64,000 nt of DNA, from NCBI GenBank assembly GCA_965228895.1, contig OZ245842.1, positions 5,056,001-5,120,000 of the forward strand, given 5' to 3'. The position numbers and the translations under genes are program-made. Source of the DNA: Alphaproteobacteria bacterium. Its GTDB lineage: Bacteria; Pseudomonadota; Alphaproteobacteria; SP197. Shown here piece by piece: positions 20,231 through 29,772 of the stretch. The notes under the pieces are model-generated. The model did no database searches and was not told the DNA's origin. It saw only the letters and a program-made list of their open reading frames with translations. How positions within the stretch are numbered: position 1 is the first letter of the stretch; the number at the start of each line of letters is the position of its first letter.

Positions 20231-20560
20231 TCACCAACAGTCACAGGAAAGCCAGCACCCCCACTCGCCGCAGCAATAGTCCCAGCGACAGGACTGCGCG
20301 ATGGTGACCTCGCCATCCGCCGTCCACGCGGACTGTCTGCGTTCGTCGTCAGAGTTGGCCGGGCGGATCAAAACGTCAGGAATGGCAACGCCGGCGTAGG
20401 CCAGGGCCGCCGTCCACGGACGATCGGGTATCACGCCGCACAGGCTGTCGCCGGCTACCGGGTGAACCCCGGGCCGGGCCACATCATCGCCGCCAAAGGA
20501 CGGTGTCGTAAACGCCAAGGCGAGAACAACAACAAGAAAAACGGGAACCCGGGCTAGCAT
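20231..20560 (-). CDS. Secreted prepropeptide-like protein (109 aa) with a C-terminal Cys/Trp-rich core
   Basis: AGGA RBS before ATG 20560; hydrophobic signal peptide; ends IAQ-SCRWDYCCGEWGCWLSCDCW. Confidence 0.7.
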   Translation of the reverse strand: MLARVPVFLVVVLALAFTTPSFGGDDVARPGVHPVAGDSLCGVIPDRPWTAALAYAGVAIPDVLIRPANSDDERRQSAWTADGEVTIAQSCRWDYCCGEWGCWLSCDCW

Positions 20561-20602
20561 GACTTTTCCTATACGGAAACTCAAAGCTCGCTCGACACAA
20601 TG

Positions 20603-20631
20603 AATTTAGTAAATCTGAAATAGACTGTCAA
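20603..20631 (-). promoter_or_regulatory. Sigma70-type promoter for the peptide operon
   Basis: Minus strand TTGACA-17 bp-TAAATT in an AT-rich gap about 40 bp upstream of the ATG. Confidence 0.75.
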
Positions 20632-20665
20632 ATCGCTGGCCAGCCACACGAAATTGAAAAGGTAA

Positions 20666-21214
20666 TCACGGGTCGATTCTACTGTCGGTCTGGCGCCAGC
20701 GCAAGACACCGAACGCGACGAACATCAATCCGACCGCCGCCAGGACGGCGGCGAAGATCACGCGGTCATTGCGGATCTGGCGCAGGCTGTCGATCACGGC
20801 CGTCGCTGACGTGATGTCGACATTGCCGGCGGCAAGACCCCAGATAAGGGTGCGGTTGAAGGCACTCGACGCGCCGGGCCACATCTGCACGGTCACATCG
20901 CCCTCGATCGCCAGCTTGACCTCATCATAGGCCGGCAGGTTCGAGCGATAGAGTACGGGGCGGGAGCCCGGCTCTAAAATGGCGCGGAACTCGACAATCG
21001 GGCTGCCGGAAAACAGCGGTATGCCGCCCGATTGGATATCAATCTCGGCGGACTGCGAGGCCGAGCCGGTCACCGGGACCAACTCGGCCTCATCAGGATA
21101 CTCGGCGAACAGTGGCTCGGAGCCCTGCCAGACACCAAGGACCAGCAGGATCGTGCCCGCCACGATGGGCGCGTGGGGTTTCCAGCCCAGACTGCGCGCA
21201 AACCGTCCGATCAT
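20666..21214 (-). CDS. Hypothetical membrane protein (N- and C-terminal TM helices)
   Basis: Single ORF filling the gap; two hydrophobic segments flank a soluble domain. Confidence 0.6.
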   Translation of the reverse strand: MIGRFARSLGWKPHAPIVAGTILLVLGVWQGSEPLFAEYPDEAELVPVTGSASQSAEIDIQSGGIPLFSGSPIVEFRAILEPGSRPVLYRSNLPAYDEVKLAIEGDVTVQMWPGASSAFNRTLIWGLAAGNVDITSATAVIDSLRQIRNDRVIFAAVLAAVGLMFVAFGVLRWRQTDSRIDP

Positions 21215-21247
21215 CGGCCGGGGCTTTCCGTCTTTACCGTCACCGGA

Positions 21248-22612
21248 TCAGCGGCCGATTTCCTTGGCGACGACATCGAGTGCCGCGCGCAGGGTGGTCG
21301 CAATGTCGTCGGCCTGGTCCTTGGTCAGGATCAATGGCGGCGACAGAACCATGGAATCACCGCAGGCGCGCACCAGCAGACCGTCGCTCCAGGCGGCCTC
21401 GCGCACCTTGGTGCCGATCTCCATGTCGCCGGGGAAACTCTCGCGGGTCGCCTTGTCCTGAACGATCTCGACCGCGGCCATCATACCCATCCCGCGGACT
21501 TCGCCGACCAGCGGATGATCGGCCAGTTCGCGCAGGCGGGCCTGGAAGTAGGGGCCGGTCTCGACGCCAGCGGTTTCGACGATCTTCTCGCGTTCCAGGA
21601 TGTTGATGTTTTCCAGCGCCACGGCCGCGGCAACCGGATGGCCGGAATAGGTGAAACCGTGCTGGAATTCGCCGCCCGCCTCGATCATCACCTCGGCGAT
21701 GCGGTCATGCACCATGACGCCGGAGATCGGCAGGTAACCGGACGACAGCCCCTTGGCCATGGTCATGAAGTCGGGGTCGATGTCCAGGGTTTCGCAGGCA
21801 AACCACTTGCCGGTACGCCCGAACCCGCAGATGACCTCGTCGGCGATCAAGAGGATGTTGTGCTCGCGGCAGATGCGCTGGACTTCCGGCCAATAACTTT
21901 CCGGCGGGACCAGCACGCCACCGGCGCCCATGATCGGCTCGCCGATGAAGGCGCCGACGTTCTCCGCGCCCAGCTCCAGGATCTTGTTCTCGATCGAGCG
22001 CGCGGCCTGCAGCCCGAACTCGTGGGGATCCATGTCGCCGCCATAGCGATACCAGTGCGGGCAATCGACATGGACGAATCCGGGCAGCGGCAGGTCGAAG
22101 GGCGGATGCATCGGCGTCAGACCGCACAGGCTGGCCGCCGCCATGGTGACGCCGTGATAGGCCTTGTCGCGGCTGATGATCGTCTTCTTGCCGGTCTCGC
22201 CTTTGGTGTTCCAGTACCAGCGCACCATCTTGGCGATGGTGTCGTTCGCCTCCGAACCTGAGTTCGCATAGAAAACGTGGTTCAGGCCCTCTGGCGTCAC
22301 CTCGGCGAGCTTTTGCGAGAGCTCCGTCGCCGGTTCCGTCGTCGTCTGGAAGAAGGTGTTGTAGTAGGGCAGCTCCTGCATCTGTTTATAGGCGACCTCG
22401 GCCAGCTCCTTGCGGCCATAGCCGATGTTGACGCACCAAAGGCCCGCCATGCCGTCAAGGATGCGTTCGCCTTCGGAGGTCCACATGTAGCAGCCTTCGG
22501 CGCGCGCAATGATCCGTACGCCCTGGTCGTTGAGCGCCTTTGAGTCGGTGAACGGATGCAGGTGATGTTGGCGGTCCATGTCCTGCAGGACCGCGGTCAG
22601 ATTGGAAGCCAT
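21248..22612 (-). CDS. Class III PLP aminotransferase (putrescine/omega-amine:pyruvate, SpuC-like)
   Basis: HLHPFT, DGMAGLWCVNIGYG, SGSEAND, DEVICGFGRTG, AKGLSSGY, HGFTYSGHP. Confidence 0.92.
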   Translation of the reverse strand: MASNLTAVLQDMDRQHHLHPFTDSKALNDQGVRIIARAEGCYMWTSEGERILDGMAGLWCVNIGYGRKELAEVAYKQMQELPYYNTFFQTTTEPATELSQKLAEVTPEGLNHVFYANSGSEANDTIAKMVRWYWNTKGETGKKTIISRDKAYHGVTMAAASLCGLTPMHPPFDLPLPGFVHVDCPHWYRYGGDMDPHEFGLQAARSIENKILELGAENVGAFIGEPIMGAGGVLVPPESYWPEVQRICREHNILLIADEVICGFGRTGKWFACETLDIDPDFMTMAKGLSSGYLPISGVMVHDRIAEVMIEAGGEFQHGFTYSGHPVAAAVALENINILEREKIVETAGVETGPYFQARLRELADHPLVGEVRGMGMMAAVEIVQDKATRESFPGDMEIGTKVREAAWSDGLLVRACGDSMVLSPPLILTKDQADDIATTLRAALDVVAKEIGR

Positions 22613-22865
22613 GATAGTGATCTCCACAGAAGGGGTTAAAGGGCGAAGCAGGCCGCGCGCGGCCAAAGCCCCTGTCTAGGGATCAAAGTCGATACGTGCG
22701 CACTGGATCAGAAGATCGTCATGGCGGCAAATACCGGTCCTGTCAGTCTCTTGGACTTTCATGGGCCCAGTGTAATTCAGGTCGCGGCCTTGTGGCGAGA
22801 CCCTTCGATATCGCGGGGACGGCGGGTTACGCGCTACGCTCGGCCGGTTGAACGGGGGGCTGCGC

Positions 22866-23360
22866 GTGAACGAGACATCCATCATCAGACCGTTCGAAAC
22901 AGGCGATCTGGCCAGGCTTCACGAGATCCGCGAAGCCGCCTTCAAACCGGTCTTTGAGTCATTCAGACGTCTGATCGGCGAGACAATTGCCCAAGTTGCG
23001 CTCGTCAACGTGGAACGCGAACAGGCCGACCATCTCAATCAAATCTGTGAGGCCGGCTCGTCCTACGACATCTTCGTGGTCGACGACGGCCAGGGCGTCG
23101 TGGCGTTCTGCGCGGTGAACTATGATCATGGCGCCAGGCTCGGTGAGATAGACCTGAACGCCGTGCATCCCGAACATCAGGGCAAAGGTATCGGCACCTT
23201 GATGTACGGCTTCGCGCTCGATCGTATGCGTGAGGCGGGCATGCGCGCCGCGACCGTTGGAACCGGCGGCGACGTGAGCCACGCACGGGCGCGGCGCGCC
23301 TATGAGAAGGCGGGATTCGGTCCGGCTATTCCCAGTCTCTATTTGTATCGGTCTCTCTAG
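22866..23360 (+). CDS. GNAT family N-acetyltransferase
   Basis: AVHPEHQGKGIG, ARRAYEKAGF. Confidence 0.88.
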   Translation: MNETSIIRPFETGDLARLHEIREAAFKPVFESFRRLIGETIAQVALVNVEREQADHLNQICEAGSSYDIFVVDDGQGVVAFCAVNYDHGARLGEIDLNAVHPEHQGKGIGTLMYGFALDRMREAGMRAATVGTGGDVSHARARRAYEKAGFGPAIPSLYLYRSL

Positions 23361-24106
23361 CGCCCACCCGAAACGTCGATGAACGTGCCGGTGACGTAGC
23401 TCGACTTGAGGGAGCAGAGCCACAGGATGGCTTCGGCGACTTCGCTCGCCGAACCGCCGCGCCCCATGGGCGTACCGGGCGCCAGTTCGTCGACACGGTT
23501 GGGCCGGCCGCCGGACGCGTGGATGTCGGTGTGGATCAGGCCGGGCCTGACCGCGTTGACGCGGATGTGCTCGCCGGCGACCTCCTTGGCGAGACCGATC
23601 GTCAGCGAATCGATGGCGCCCTTTGTCGCGGCGTAGTCGGTGTATTCGTTGGGCCCGCCCAGCCGCGCGGCCATGGACGAGACGTTGACGATCGACCCGC
23701 CGCCGCCGCCGTAGCGGCTCGACATGCGCCGTACCGCCTCGCCGCAGGCGAGATAGGCGCCGACCAGGTTGACCGCGACCATGCGCTGCAAGCGTTCGGC
23801 GTCTATCTCATCGACCCGCGCCGCCGGGCCGACGATCCCGGCGTTGTTGACGAAGGCGTCGAGCTGACCGAACGCCGCGTCACAGGCGCGGAACAACTGT
23901 TTGATCTCGTCGGGTTTGGCCATGTCGGCCTTGACGGCCAGGGCCTCGCGTCCCTCGCTCTTGACCACCGCGACGACATCCTCGGCGGCCTTCTGATCAT
24001 TCACATAGTTGACCAGGACGTCGTACCCCTCGAGCGCGGCGAGATGGGCGGTCGATGCGCCGATGCCGCGGCTGGCGCCGGTGATCAGCATGACCTTGTT
24101 CACCAC
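23357..24106 (-). CDS. Short-chain dehydrogenase/reductase
   Basis: TGASRGIG, NNAG, YAATK, VSGGR. Confidence 0.93.
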   Translation of the reverse strand: MVNKVMLITGASRGIGASTAHLAALEGYDVLVNYVNDQKAAEDVVAVVKSEGREALAVKADMAKPDEIKQLFRACDAAFGQLDAFVNNAGIVGPAARVDEIDAERLQRMVAVNLVGAYLACGEAVRRMSSRYGGGGGSIVNVSSMAARLGGPNEYTDYAATKGAIDSLTIGLAKEVAGEHIRVNAVRPGLIHTDIHASGGRPNRVDELAPGTPMGRGGSASEVAEAILWLCSLKSSYVTGTFIDVSGGR

Positions 24107-24127
24107 CGGCGCTCCTTGTTCCAGGCG

Positions 24128-25120
24128 TTAGTTGATGGGGTCGCGGACCAGCGGACAGGTCGAACAGTGGATGCCGCCGCCGTTGTGGTGGACCTTGTCA
24201 TAGGGGATCTGCACGACCTCGATATCCAGATCGGCCAGCTTATCCATGGTCCGGTTGGAAATGCCATGGGGCATGATGACGCGTCCGGGCTTCACCGCCA
24301 GACAATTGATGATCCAACCGGAATCCTGAGGCGTCACCTCGACGGTCTTGATGCCGAGCTCCTTGAGTTTTTCCAGGAACCAATAGGGCAGTTGCGCCGC
24401 GTCGATGATGGCGACGTCGACGTCGATCATGGTCAGCGCGCCGTCGATATGGATCTGGTAGCCCGCCAGATCGACGCGGATCAAGTCGGCGCCCTGGGCG
24501 TTCAGCACCTCCTCGATCTGACGTGAGCCTTCTTCGTTGACGCAGATCGAACGGCCGATGACGGCGGTCTCGGGATTGAGCCAGGCAAAGCTGCCGCCTT
24601 CGGCCATGGCGTTGCCGTTCAACGTGCGCAGGATCGGCATGCCCAGATTGGCGAGCGTCTTGGTGACGTGGGCTTCCTCGCCGCGCCGGATCGTGCGCGC
24701 CAGGCGCGTCACGATGGCGCCGCCTTTGACGGCGAACGAGGAGTCGCGGGTATAGATCGACTTGATGCCGTCCGGTTCGATCGAGTCGAGGAACACGACC
24801 TCGACGCCCTCGTCGCGCAGCGCCTGCACCAGCCCGTCATGTTGGGCGCGAAACTCCTCCATCGGCGGAATCGTGTCGCTCTGCCAATACCAGCCCTCAT
24901 TGAGATCGCCATAGGAGCCGATCTCTTCGATGCGTTTGTTGGCGTCGATGATCATCATCTCGTCGCCGGGACGATGCATCAGGACAACGCGCAGCTGGCC
25001 GACATCGTTGTCGCAGCCCCATTCGCGGCCCCACACACCGGTCTGCTGCTCGGGGCTTTCGAACACGGGCTCGGGATGGGAACCGAAGTACTTGATGGTC
25101 TGGCTGTAGATGTCGCTCAT
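24128..25120 (-). CDS. Amidinotransferase/arginine deiminase (DDAH-like) family protein
   Basis: YTRD, RRGEE, EGG, HID and GGGIHCST catalytic motifs; AGGAGG RBS. Confidence 0.88.
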   Translation of the reverse strand: MSDIYSQTIKYFGSHPEPVFESPEQQTGVWGREWGCDNDVGQLRVVLMHRPGDEMMIIDANKRIEEIGSYGDLNEGWYWQSDTIPPMEEFRAQHDGLVQALRDEGVEVVFLDSIEPDGIKSIYTRDSSFAVKGGAIVTRLARTIRRGEEAHVTKTLANLGMPILRTLNGNAMAEGGSFAWLNPETAVIGRSICVNEEGSRQIEEVLNAQGADLIRVDLAGYQIHIDGALTMIDVDVAIIDAAQLPYWFLEKLKELGIKTVEVTPQDSGWIINCLAVKPGRVIMPHGISNRTMDKLADLDIEVVQIPYDKVHHNGGGIHCSTCPLVRDPIN

Positions 25121-26076
25121 GTCTGTCCTCCTGCTAACAGGCTGGGGGTTTTCGAATGGGTGTCGCTGTCGTCGAGCGCCGTCACGGCATCGGCGGTCGC
25201 CGCGATGGCCTCGGTTATCCACGCCGTGAAGGCAACGATCGGTTCGCGTTCTATCAGGTCGGGATGGACGGCCATGAAGTAGGTCTCGTCGGTTTCCAGC
25301 ACCGGCCCGAAGGGTGCCACGAGACGGCCGGCGCTCAGGCCATCGGCCGCCAAAGTCAGACCGCCCAGCGCCAAACCTTGACCAAGTTCCGCGGCGGTCA
25401 GCGCCAGGCCGGAATCGCTGAAGTTGGCACCGTTCTCGACGCCGGGGTGATCGACGCCAACAGTGGCGCACCATTCGGTCCAGCCGAGCCGTCGCTCGTC
25501 GTGGATCAAGGGTGCGCGCGCCACATGGGAGGGGTCGGTGAGGTCATGTTGCACCGCAACATCGGGCGAGCATACCGGGCTGACGAATTCGTCGATCAAA
25601 GGACGGGCGTGAGCCGGCCGGTCGTGTCTGTTGGCATAGCTGATGGCCAGATCGACCTCGTCGACCTCCAGATCGATGGCCAGTGTCGTCGTGTAGAGCC
25701 AGACGTCATAGTCGGGGTGGGCGGCGCGAAACGCCGGCAAACGCCGCAACAGCCAGCACGAGGCGAAGTCGTGCGGTACGGCGATGATCAGGGATCCCGG
25801 CTTGCTGTAGGCTCTCAGCCGGGCGACGCCCTGCTCCAATCGATTTAACACATCACGTGTTATACGAAGAAAATCGACGCCCGCATCGGTCAAATGGATC
25901 GCGCGGTTGGCCCGCACGAAAAGAGGCTGGCCGAGTGCCTCTTCGAGCGAGCTGATCTGATGGCTGATCGCCGATTGGGTCAGGTTCAACTCGCGCGCCG
26001 CCTGGGTAAAGCTGCCCAAACGTCCGGCAGCCTCGAAACCCCTGAGGGCACTGAGCGGAAGATTACTCGAAATCAT
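25117..26076 (-). CDS. LysR family regulator (GcvA-like)
   Basis: LRGFEAAGRLGSFTQAARELNLTQSAISHQI HTH; LysR substrate domain. Confidence 0.93.
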   Translation of the reverse strand: MISSNLPLSALRGFEAAGRLGSFTQAARELNLTQSAISHQISSLEEALGQPLFVRANRAIHLTDAGVDFLRITRDVLNRLEQGVARLRAYSKPGSLIIAVPHDFASCWLLRRLPAFRAAHPDYDVWLYTTTLAIDLEVDEVDLAISYANRHDRPAHARPLIDEFVSPVCSPDVAVQHDLTDPSHVARAPLIHDERRLGWTEWCATVGVDHPGVENGANFSDSGLALTAAELGQGLALGGLTLAADGLSAGRLVAPFGPVLETDETYFMAVHPDLIEREPIVAFTAWITEAIAATADAVTALDDSDTHSKTPSLLAGGQT

Positions 26077-26370
26077 GTTTCATCAAGATCATTCATGTAA
26101 GTGAAGGAAATCACGCATGCATGCTAACAAGATGCGATAAATTCAATGATGTCCTCCGATATTCTCGCTTAACATGAAGCAAAATAATCTATCAAGCTAA
26201 TTCGCGAGAGTCTGCGGCATAGGCCCGATTGAGACTGCCTTGGTCCAACACCCGTCACCGGCCCAGGGAACGGATACGTCCGGCCATGCCTTGGATTAAT
26301 ATAATAAGTAACTACTTTCTTTATTGCTTGGAATCATGCGACGGTGGCCGTGGTTTCCGAGGAGTTCCCG

Positions 26371-27552
26371 ATGACCGTCTCTACCACGCCGCTTCTGGAT
26401 TCCGCCGGCCGGCGGCGCAGCCTCGCCGCTGCGATCTCGGCGATGTTCATTGTTAACTTGGTGTTTTTCCTGTCGCCGCCCCTGATGGCGGTCGTGCTGC
26501 AGCGCCACGGTGCCGATCCCGCCGCGATCGGCCTTAACGCCGCCGCCATGGCCGCCGGTATCTTCGCGATTGGTCCGCTGGCGCCGCGCTGGCTGGCCCG
26601 CTTCGGTCCGGCTCGGTTGATGCGCTGGTCGCTTGCCGTTTCGGTGGTGATTTTCCTGCTGATGCCGATTGAACCCAACGCGCTGATCTGGCTGCCGCTA
26701 CGCACGGTGCTCGGTGCGGCGGCAAGCATCTGTTGGATTGCCAGCGAGGCGTGGATCAACGCCCTTGCCGAGGAGACGCGGCGCGGCCGCCTCATGAGCA
26801 TCTACAGCATGGCCGGCTATTGCGGTCAGGCATTGGGTCCGGCGACGCTCGTCGTTGTCGGCAGCGAGGGTTTCTTGCCGTTCGGCGTGGCCGCCCTGCT
26901 GACCGCCGTGGGCTGCATCCTGGTCGGCGCGGGCGGCAACGTTCGGCCCGATCTCGGTCAGCCCGGCAAGACACCGCTCGTGCGCTGCCTGATCGCCGCA
27001 CCGCTTCCCATGCTCGCGGTGTTCGCGCAGGCAGGTGCCTTTCAGGCCTATTTCAGCTTCTTCCCGGCATTCGGCGAAAGCCGCGCCTTGCCGCTGGAGA
27101 CGGCGTTCACCCTGCTGACGGCGACCAGTATCGGTGGTCTGCTGCTCAACTACCCCATGGGCTGGCTGGCCGACCGGGTGAACCGAACGGCCCTTGCGGT
27201 CACCTGGCTGACACTTTCGGCGGGCGGCATTCTGCTGCTGCCGCTTGTCGTGCCGGCCGGTCTCGGCGCGTTGCCGTTCTTTATTGTCCTGGGCGGCATC
27301 ATGTCGGGGACCTACAGTCTCGCCATCGTCCTGGTCGGCGCACGGTTCCGCGCCGCCGAGTTGGCCGCTGCCTCGACCGTCTTCACCATGATGTATAACG
27401 CCGGCGCGCTGGCCGGACCCGCTGCCGCCGGGCTGGCCATCGATTTCGTCGGTCCGATCGGTCTGATCGCGGTGATGAGCGGGCTTCTTGGACTTTGTGT
27501 CCCCGTGGGCCTTTTGCTCCTGATGCGCCGGTCTCGCCAGGACAAATGCTAA
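26371..27552 (+). CDS. MFS transporter (YcaD-like)
   Basis: About 12 TM segments; SEAWIN...RGR, PMGWLADR. Confidence 0.88.
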   Translation: MTVSTTPLLDSAGRRRSLAAAISAMFIVNLVFFLSPPLMAVVLQRHGADPAAIGLNAAAMAAGIFAIGPLAPRWLARFGPARLMRWSLAVSVVIFLLMPIEPNALIWLPLRTVLGAAASICWIASEAWINALAEETRRGRLMSIYSMAGYCGQALGPATLVVVGSEGFLPFGVAALLTAVGCILVGAGGNVRPDLGQPGKTPLVRCLIAAPLPMLAVFAQAGAFQAYFSFFPAFGESRALPLETAFTLLTATSIGGLLLNYPMGWLADRVNRTALAVTWLTLSAGGILLLPLVVPAGLGALPFFIVLGGIMSGTYSLAIVLVGARFRAAELAAASTVFTMMYNAGALAGPAAAGLAIDFVGPIGLIAVMSGLLGLCVPVGLLLLMRRSRQDKC

Positions 27553-27568
27553 GCGCGGCGGAATTCGC

Positions 27569-28915
27569 TCACACGTTCAGCAGCAGGTGTTCGCGTTCCC
27601 AGGGGCTAATGACGTCCTGGTACTGGTTGTGCTCGGTCAGCTTGACCGAGACCAGCAGGTCGACGAAGTCGTCGCCCAGGACCTTGCGCAGCGGTTTCGA
27701 GCGCTGGAAGCGCGTCAGCGCATCCGGCAGGTGGCTCGGCAGGCCCTGGCCCTTGGCGCGATAGGCGTCACCGGTCTGGGGTTTGCCCGGCTCCAGGCCC
27801 TCGACCATGCCCAGATAGCCGCAGGCCAGCGTACCGGCGATAGCGAGATAAGGGTTCACGTCGACACCGGCGACACGGTTTTCGACCCGGCGCCCCGTGC
27901 GGTCTGATTCCGGCACGCGCAGGCCGACCGTGCGGTTTTCGTAGCCCCAATGGGTGTTGATCGGCGCGTCACTATCGGCGCGCAGTCGGCGGTAGCTGTT
28001 CACGTTGGGTGCAAACAGCGGCATGGCGGCGGCGAGGTAATGCTGCAAGCCGGCAATATGGGCGTGGAACAGCTTGGTGTCGCGGCCCTTGGCGTCGGCG
28101 AAGACGTTGCGCCCGGTCTTGGTGTTGACGATCGATTGGTGGATGTGCATGGCCGAGCCCGCCTCGCCCGCGATCGGCTTGGCCATGAACGTCGCGTAGA
28201 CCTTGTGACGCAGCGCCGCCTCGCGGGTCGCGCGTTTGAAGACCAGCACCTGGTCGGCCAGCGCCATGGGGTCGCCGTGGTGAAAGTTGATCTCCAACTG
28301 CGCCGGGCCGCTCTCGTGGATCAGCGTATCGACGCCGACGCCGGCGGCTTCGCAGAAGCTGTAGAGGTCGTCCATCACGTGGTCGAACTCGTTGACCGCG
28401 TCGATGCCGTAGGCCTGGCTGCCGGCTTCCTGACGGCCGGAGCGGCCTTCCGGCGGCTCCAGCGGATAGTCGGGATCTCTGTTGGTGGCGACCAGATAGA
28501 ACTCCAGCTCCGGCGCGATGACCGGCTTCCAGTTGCGCTCGGCATAGAGCTCGAGGACGCGGGCCAGAACCTGGCGCGGCGCGACGCCGACCGGCGTGCC
28601 GTCGCGCGTGACGCAGTCGCAGATCACCTGCGCGGTTGGCTCCTCGTACCAGGGCACCAACCGCAAGGTGGAGATGTCGGGATTGAGGATCATGTCGGGC
28701 GATGTCGGGTCGCCCGGGAACGGCTCGGGGTATTCGCCGGTTACCGTCTGATAGAAAATGTCCTGGGGCAGGCGCAGCGACGCGCTTTTCAACGACGCCA
28801 GGAAACGTTCGCGCGGCAGGATCTTGCCGCGCGCGATGCCGGTCAGATCCGGCACCATGCATTCGACGTCGTCGATCCGGTTGGCCTTAAGCCACTTGGC
28901 CGCGTCGGTTGTCAT
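27569..28915 (-). CDS. Glutamine synthetase-like gamma-glutamyl-amine ligase (PuuA/SpuI-like)
   Basis: PDLTGIARGK, APELEFYL, HESG..QLEIN, TFMAKP, SAMHIH, ENRTVGLR. Confidence 0.9.
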   Translation of the reverse strand: MTTDAAKWLKANRIDDVECMVPDLTGIARGKILPRERFLASLKSASLRLPQDIFYQTVTGEYPEPFPGDPTSPDMILNPDISTLRLVPWYEEPTAQVICDCVTRDGTPVGVAPRQVLARVLELYAERNWKPVIAPELEFYLVATNRDPDYPLEPPEGRSGRQEAGSQAYGIDAVNEFDHVMDDLYSFCEAAGVGVDTLIHESGPAQLEINFHHGDPMALADQVLVFKRATREAALRHKVYATFMAKPIAGEAGSAMHIHQSIVNTKTGRNVFADAKGRDTKLFHAHIAGLQHYLAAAMPLFAPNVNSYRRLRADSDAPINTHWGYENRTVGLRVPESDRTGRRVENRVAGVDVNPYLAIAGTLACGYLGMVEGLEPGKPQTGDAYRAKGQGLPSHLPDALTRFQRSKPLRKVLGDDFVDLLVSVKLTEHNQYQDVISPWEREHLLLNV

Positions 28916-29714
28916 CAGAAACGTCCCCCTTGGCCGCTGCGTAAGCCCGGCACGCGTCGCCGAACGCGGTGAACAAGGCGTGGTCCGCCGGGCGTTCATG
29001 GAAACGCCATTCGGGATGCCATTGCACGCCCAGCATGAAGCCCGCTGCATCCTTGTGGCTGACCGCCTCGACCTGACCGTCCGGCGCTACCGCCTCGACA
29101 ACCAGGCAATCGGCGACCCGGTCAATGCCTTGGCCGTGGATCGAGTTGACGGTGTAGTGCGTCTCGCCGGTGATCTTGTGCAGCAGGCCGCCCGGTGTCA
29201 CGTCGATCGTGTGGGCCGGCGCGTACTGCTCCTCGCGTGACTTCGTCTCGTCGGCGCGATGATCAAACCGGCCGGGCACTTCTTCGACATGCTGGAACAG
29301 CGTGCCGCCGAGCGCGGCGTTCAGTTCCTGGATGCCGCGGCACACCGCCATCAACGGCATGCCCCGCGCGATCGTGTGGTGGATCAGTTTCAGGGTCAGC
29401 GCGTCACGCTGGGGATCGCGCGCCGTCGTCGGCCGGGGTTCGTGGCCGCCATAGTGATGCGGTTCGACGTTCGAGAGACTGCCGGTCAGAAACACGCCGT
29501 CGAGACGATCAAGCAAGTCGTCGAGATCGACCAGGGCGTCCAACGCATCGAGGTCAGCGCCACCGCCCAACGCCGGGATCATCAGCGGCATGGTGCCGGC
29601 GCCATGGGCGACGGCGTTGATGTACTTCTCGCCGACCGCGTGGAACGGGTGGATGTCGATCTGCTTGACGCAACAGGGAATGCCGACCAGCGGCAGGGGG
29701 AGGTGACGGTTCAT
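28887..29714 (-). CDS. puuD: Gamma-glutamyl-gamma-aminobutyrate hydrolase (peptidase C26)
   Basis: LTGS.SNV.P, CRGIQELN, VNSIHGQG, VQWHPE. Confidence 0.88.
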   Translation of the reverse strand: MNRHLPLPLVGIPCCVKQIDIHPFHAVGEKYINAVAHGAGTMPLMIPALGGGADLDALDALVDLDDLLDRLDGVFLTGSLSNVEPHHYGGHEPRPTTARDPQRDALTLKLIHHTIARGMPLMAVCRGIQELNAALGGTLFQHVEEVPGRFDHRADETKSREEQYAPAHTIDVTPGGLLHKITGETHYTVNSIHGQGIDRVADCLVVEAVAPDGQVEAVSHKDAAGFMLGVQWHPEWRFHERPADHALFTAFGDACRAYAAAKGDVSDDNRRGQVA

Positions 29715-29772
29715 GGCGGAAATGGCTAGCATGGCGCCCTGGGCACGGCAAGCGGGTGCCCTTTAGGGTGAC

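Noticed and set aside
20231-20560. Assigning the Cys-rich peptide to a known RiPP class (ranthipeptide, lanthipeptide, DUF692-modified)
   Set aside because: No radical SAM, LanM/LanBC, YcaO or DUF692 gene nearby; class cannot be assigned from this window
26229-26456. 75-aa ORF in the LysR-MFS intergenic region
   Set aside because: Spans an AT-rich promoter-like tract and overlaps the MFS start out of frame; no RBS or motif
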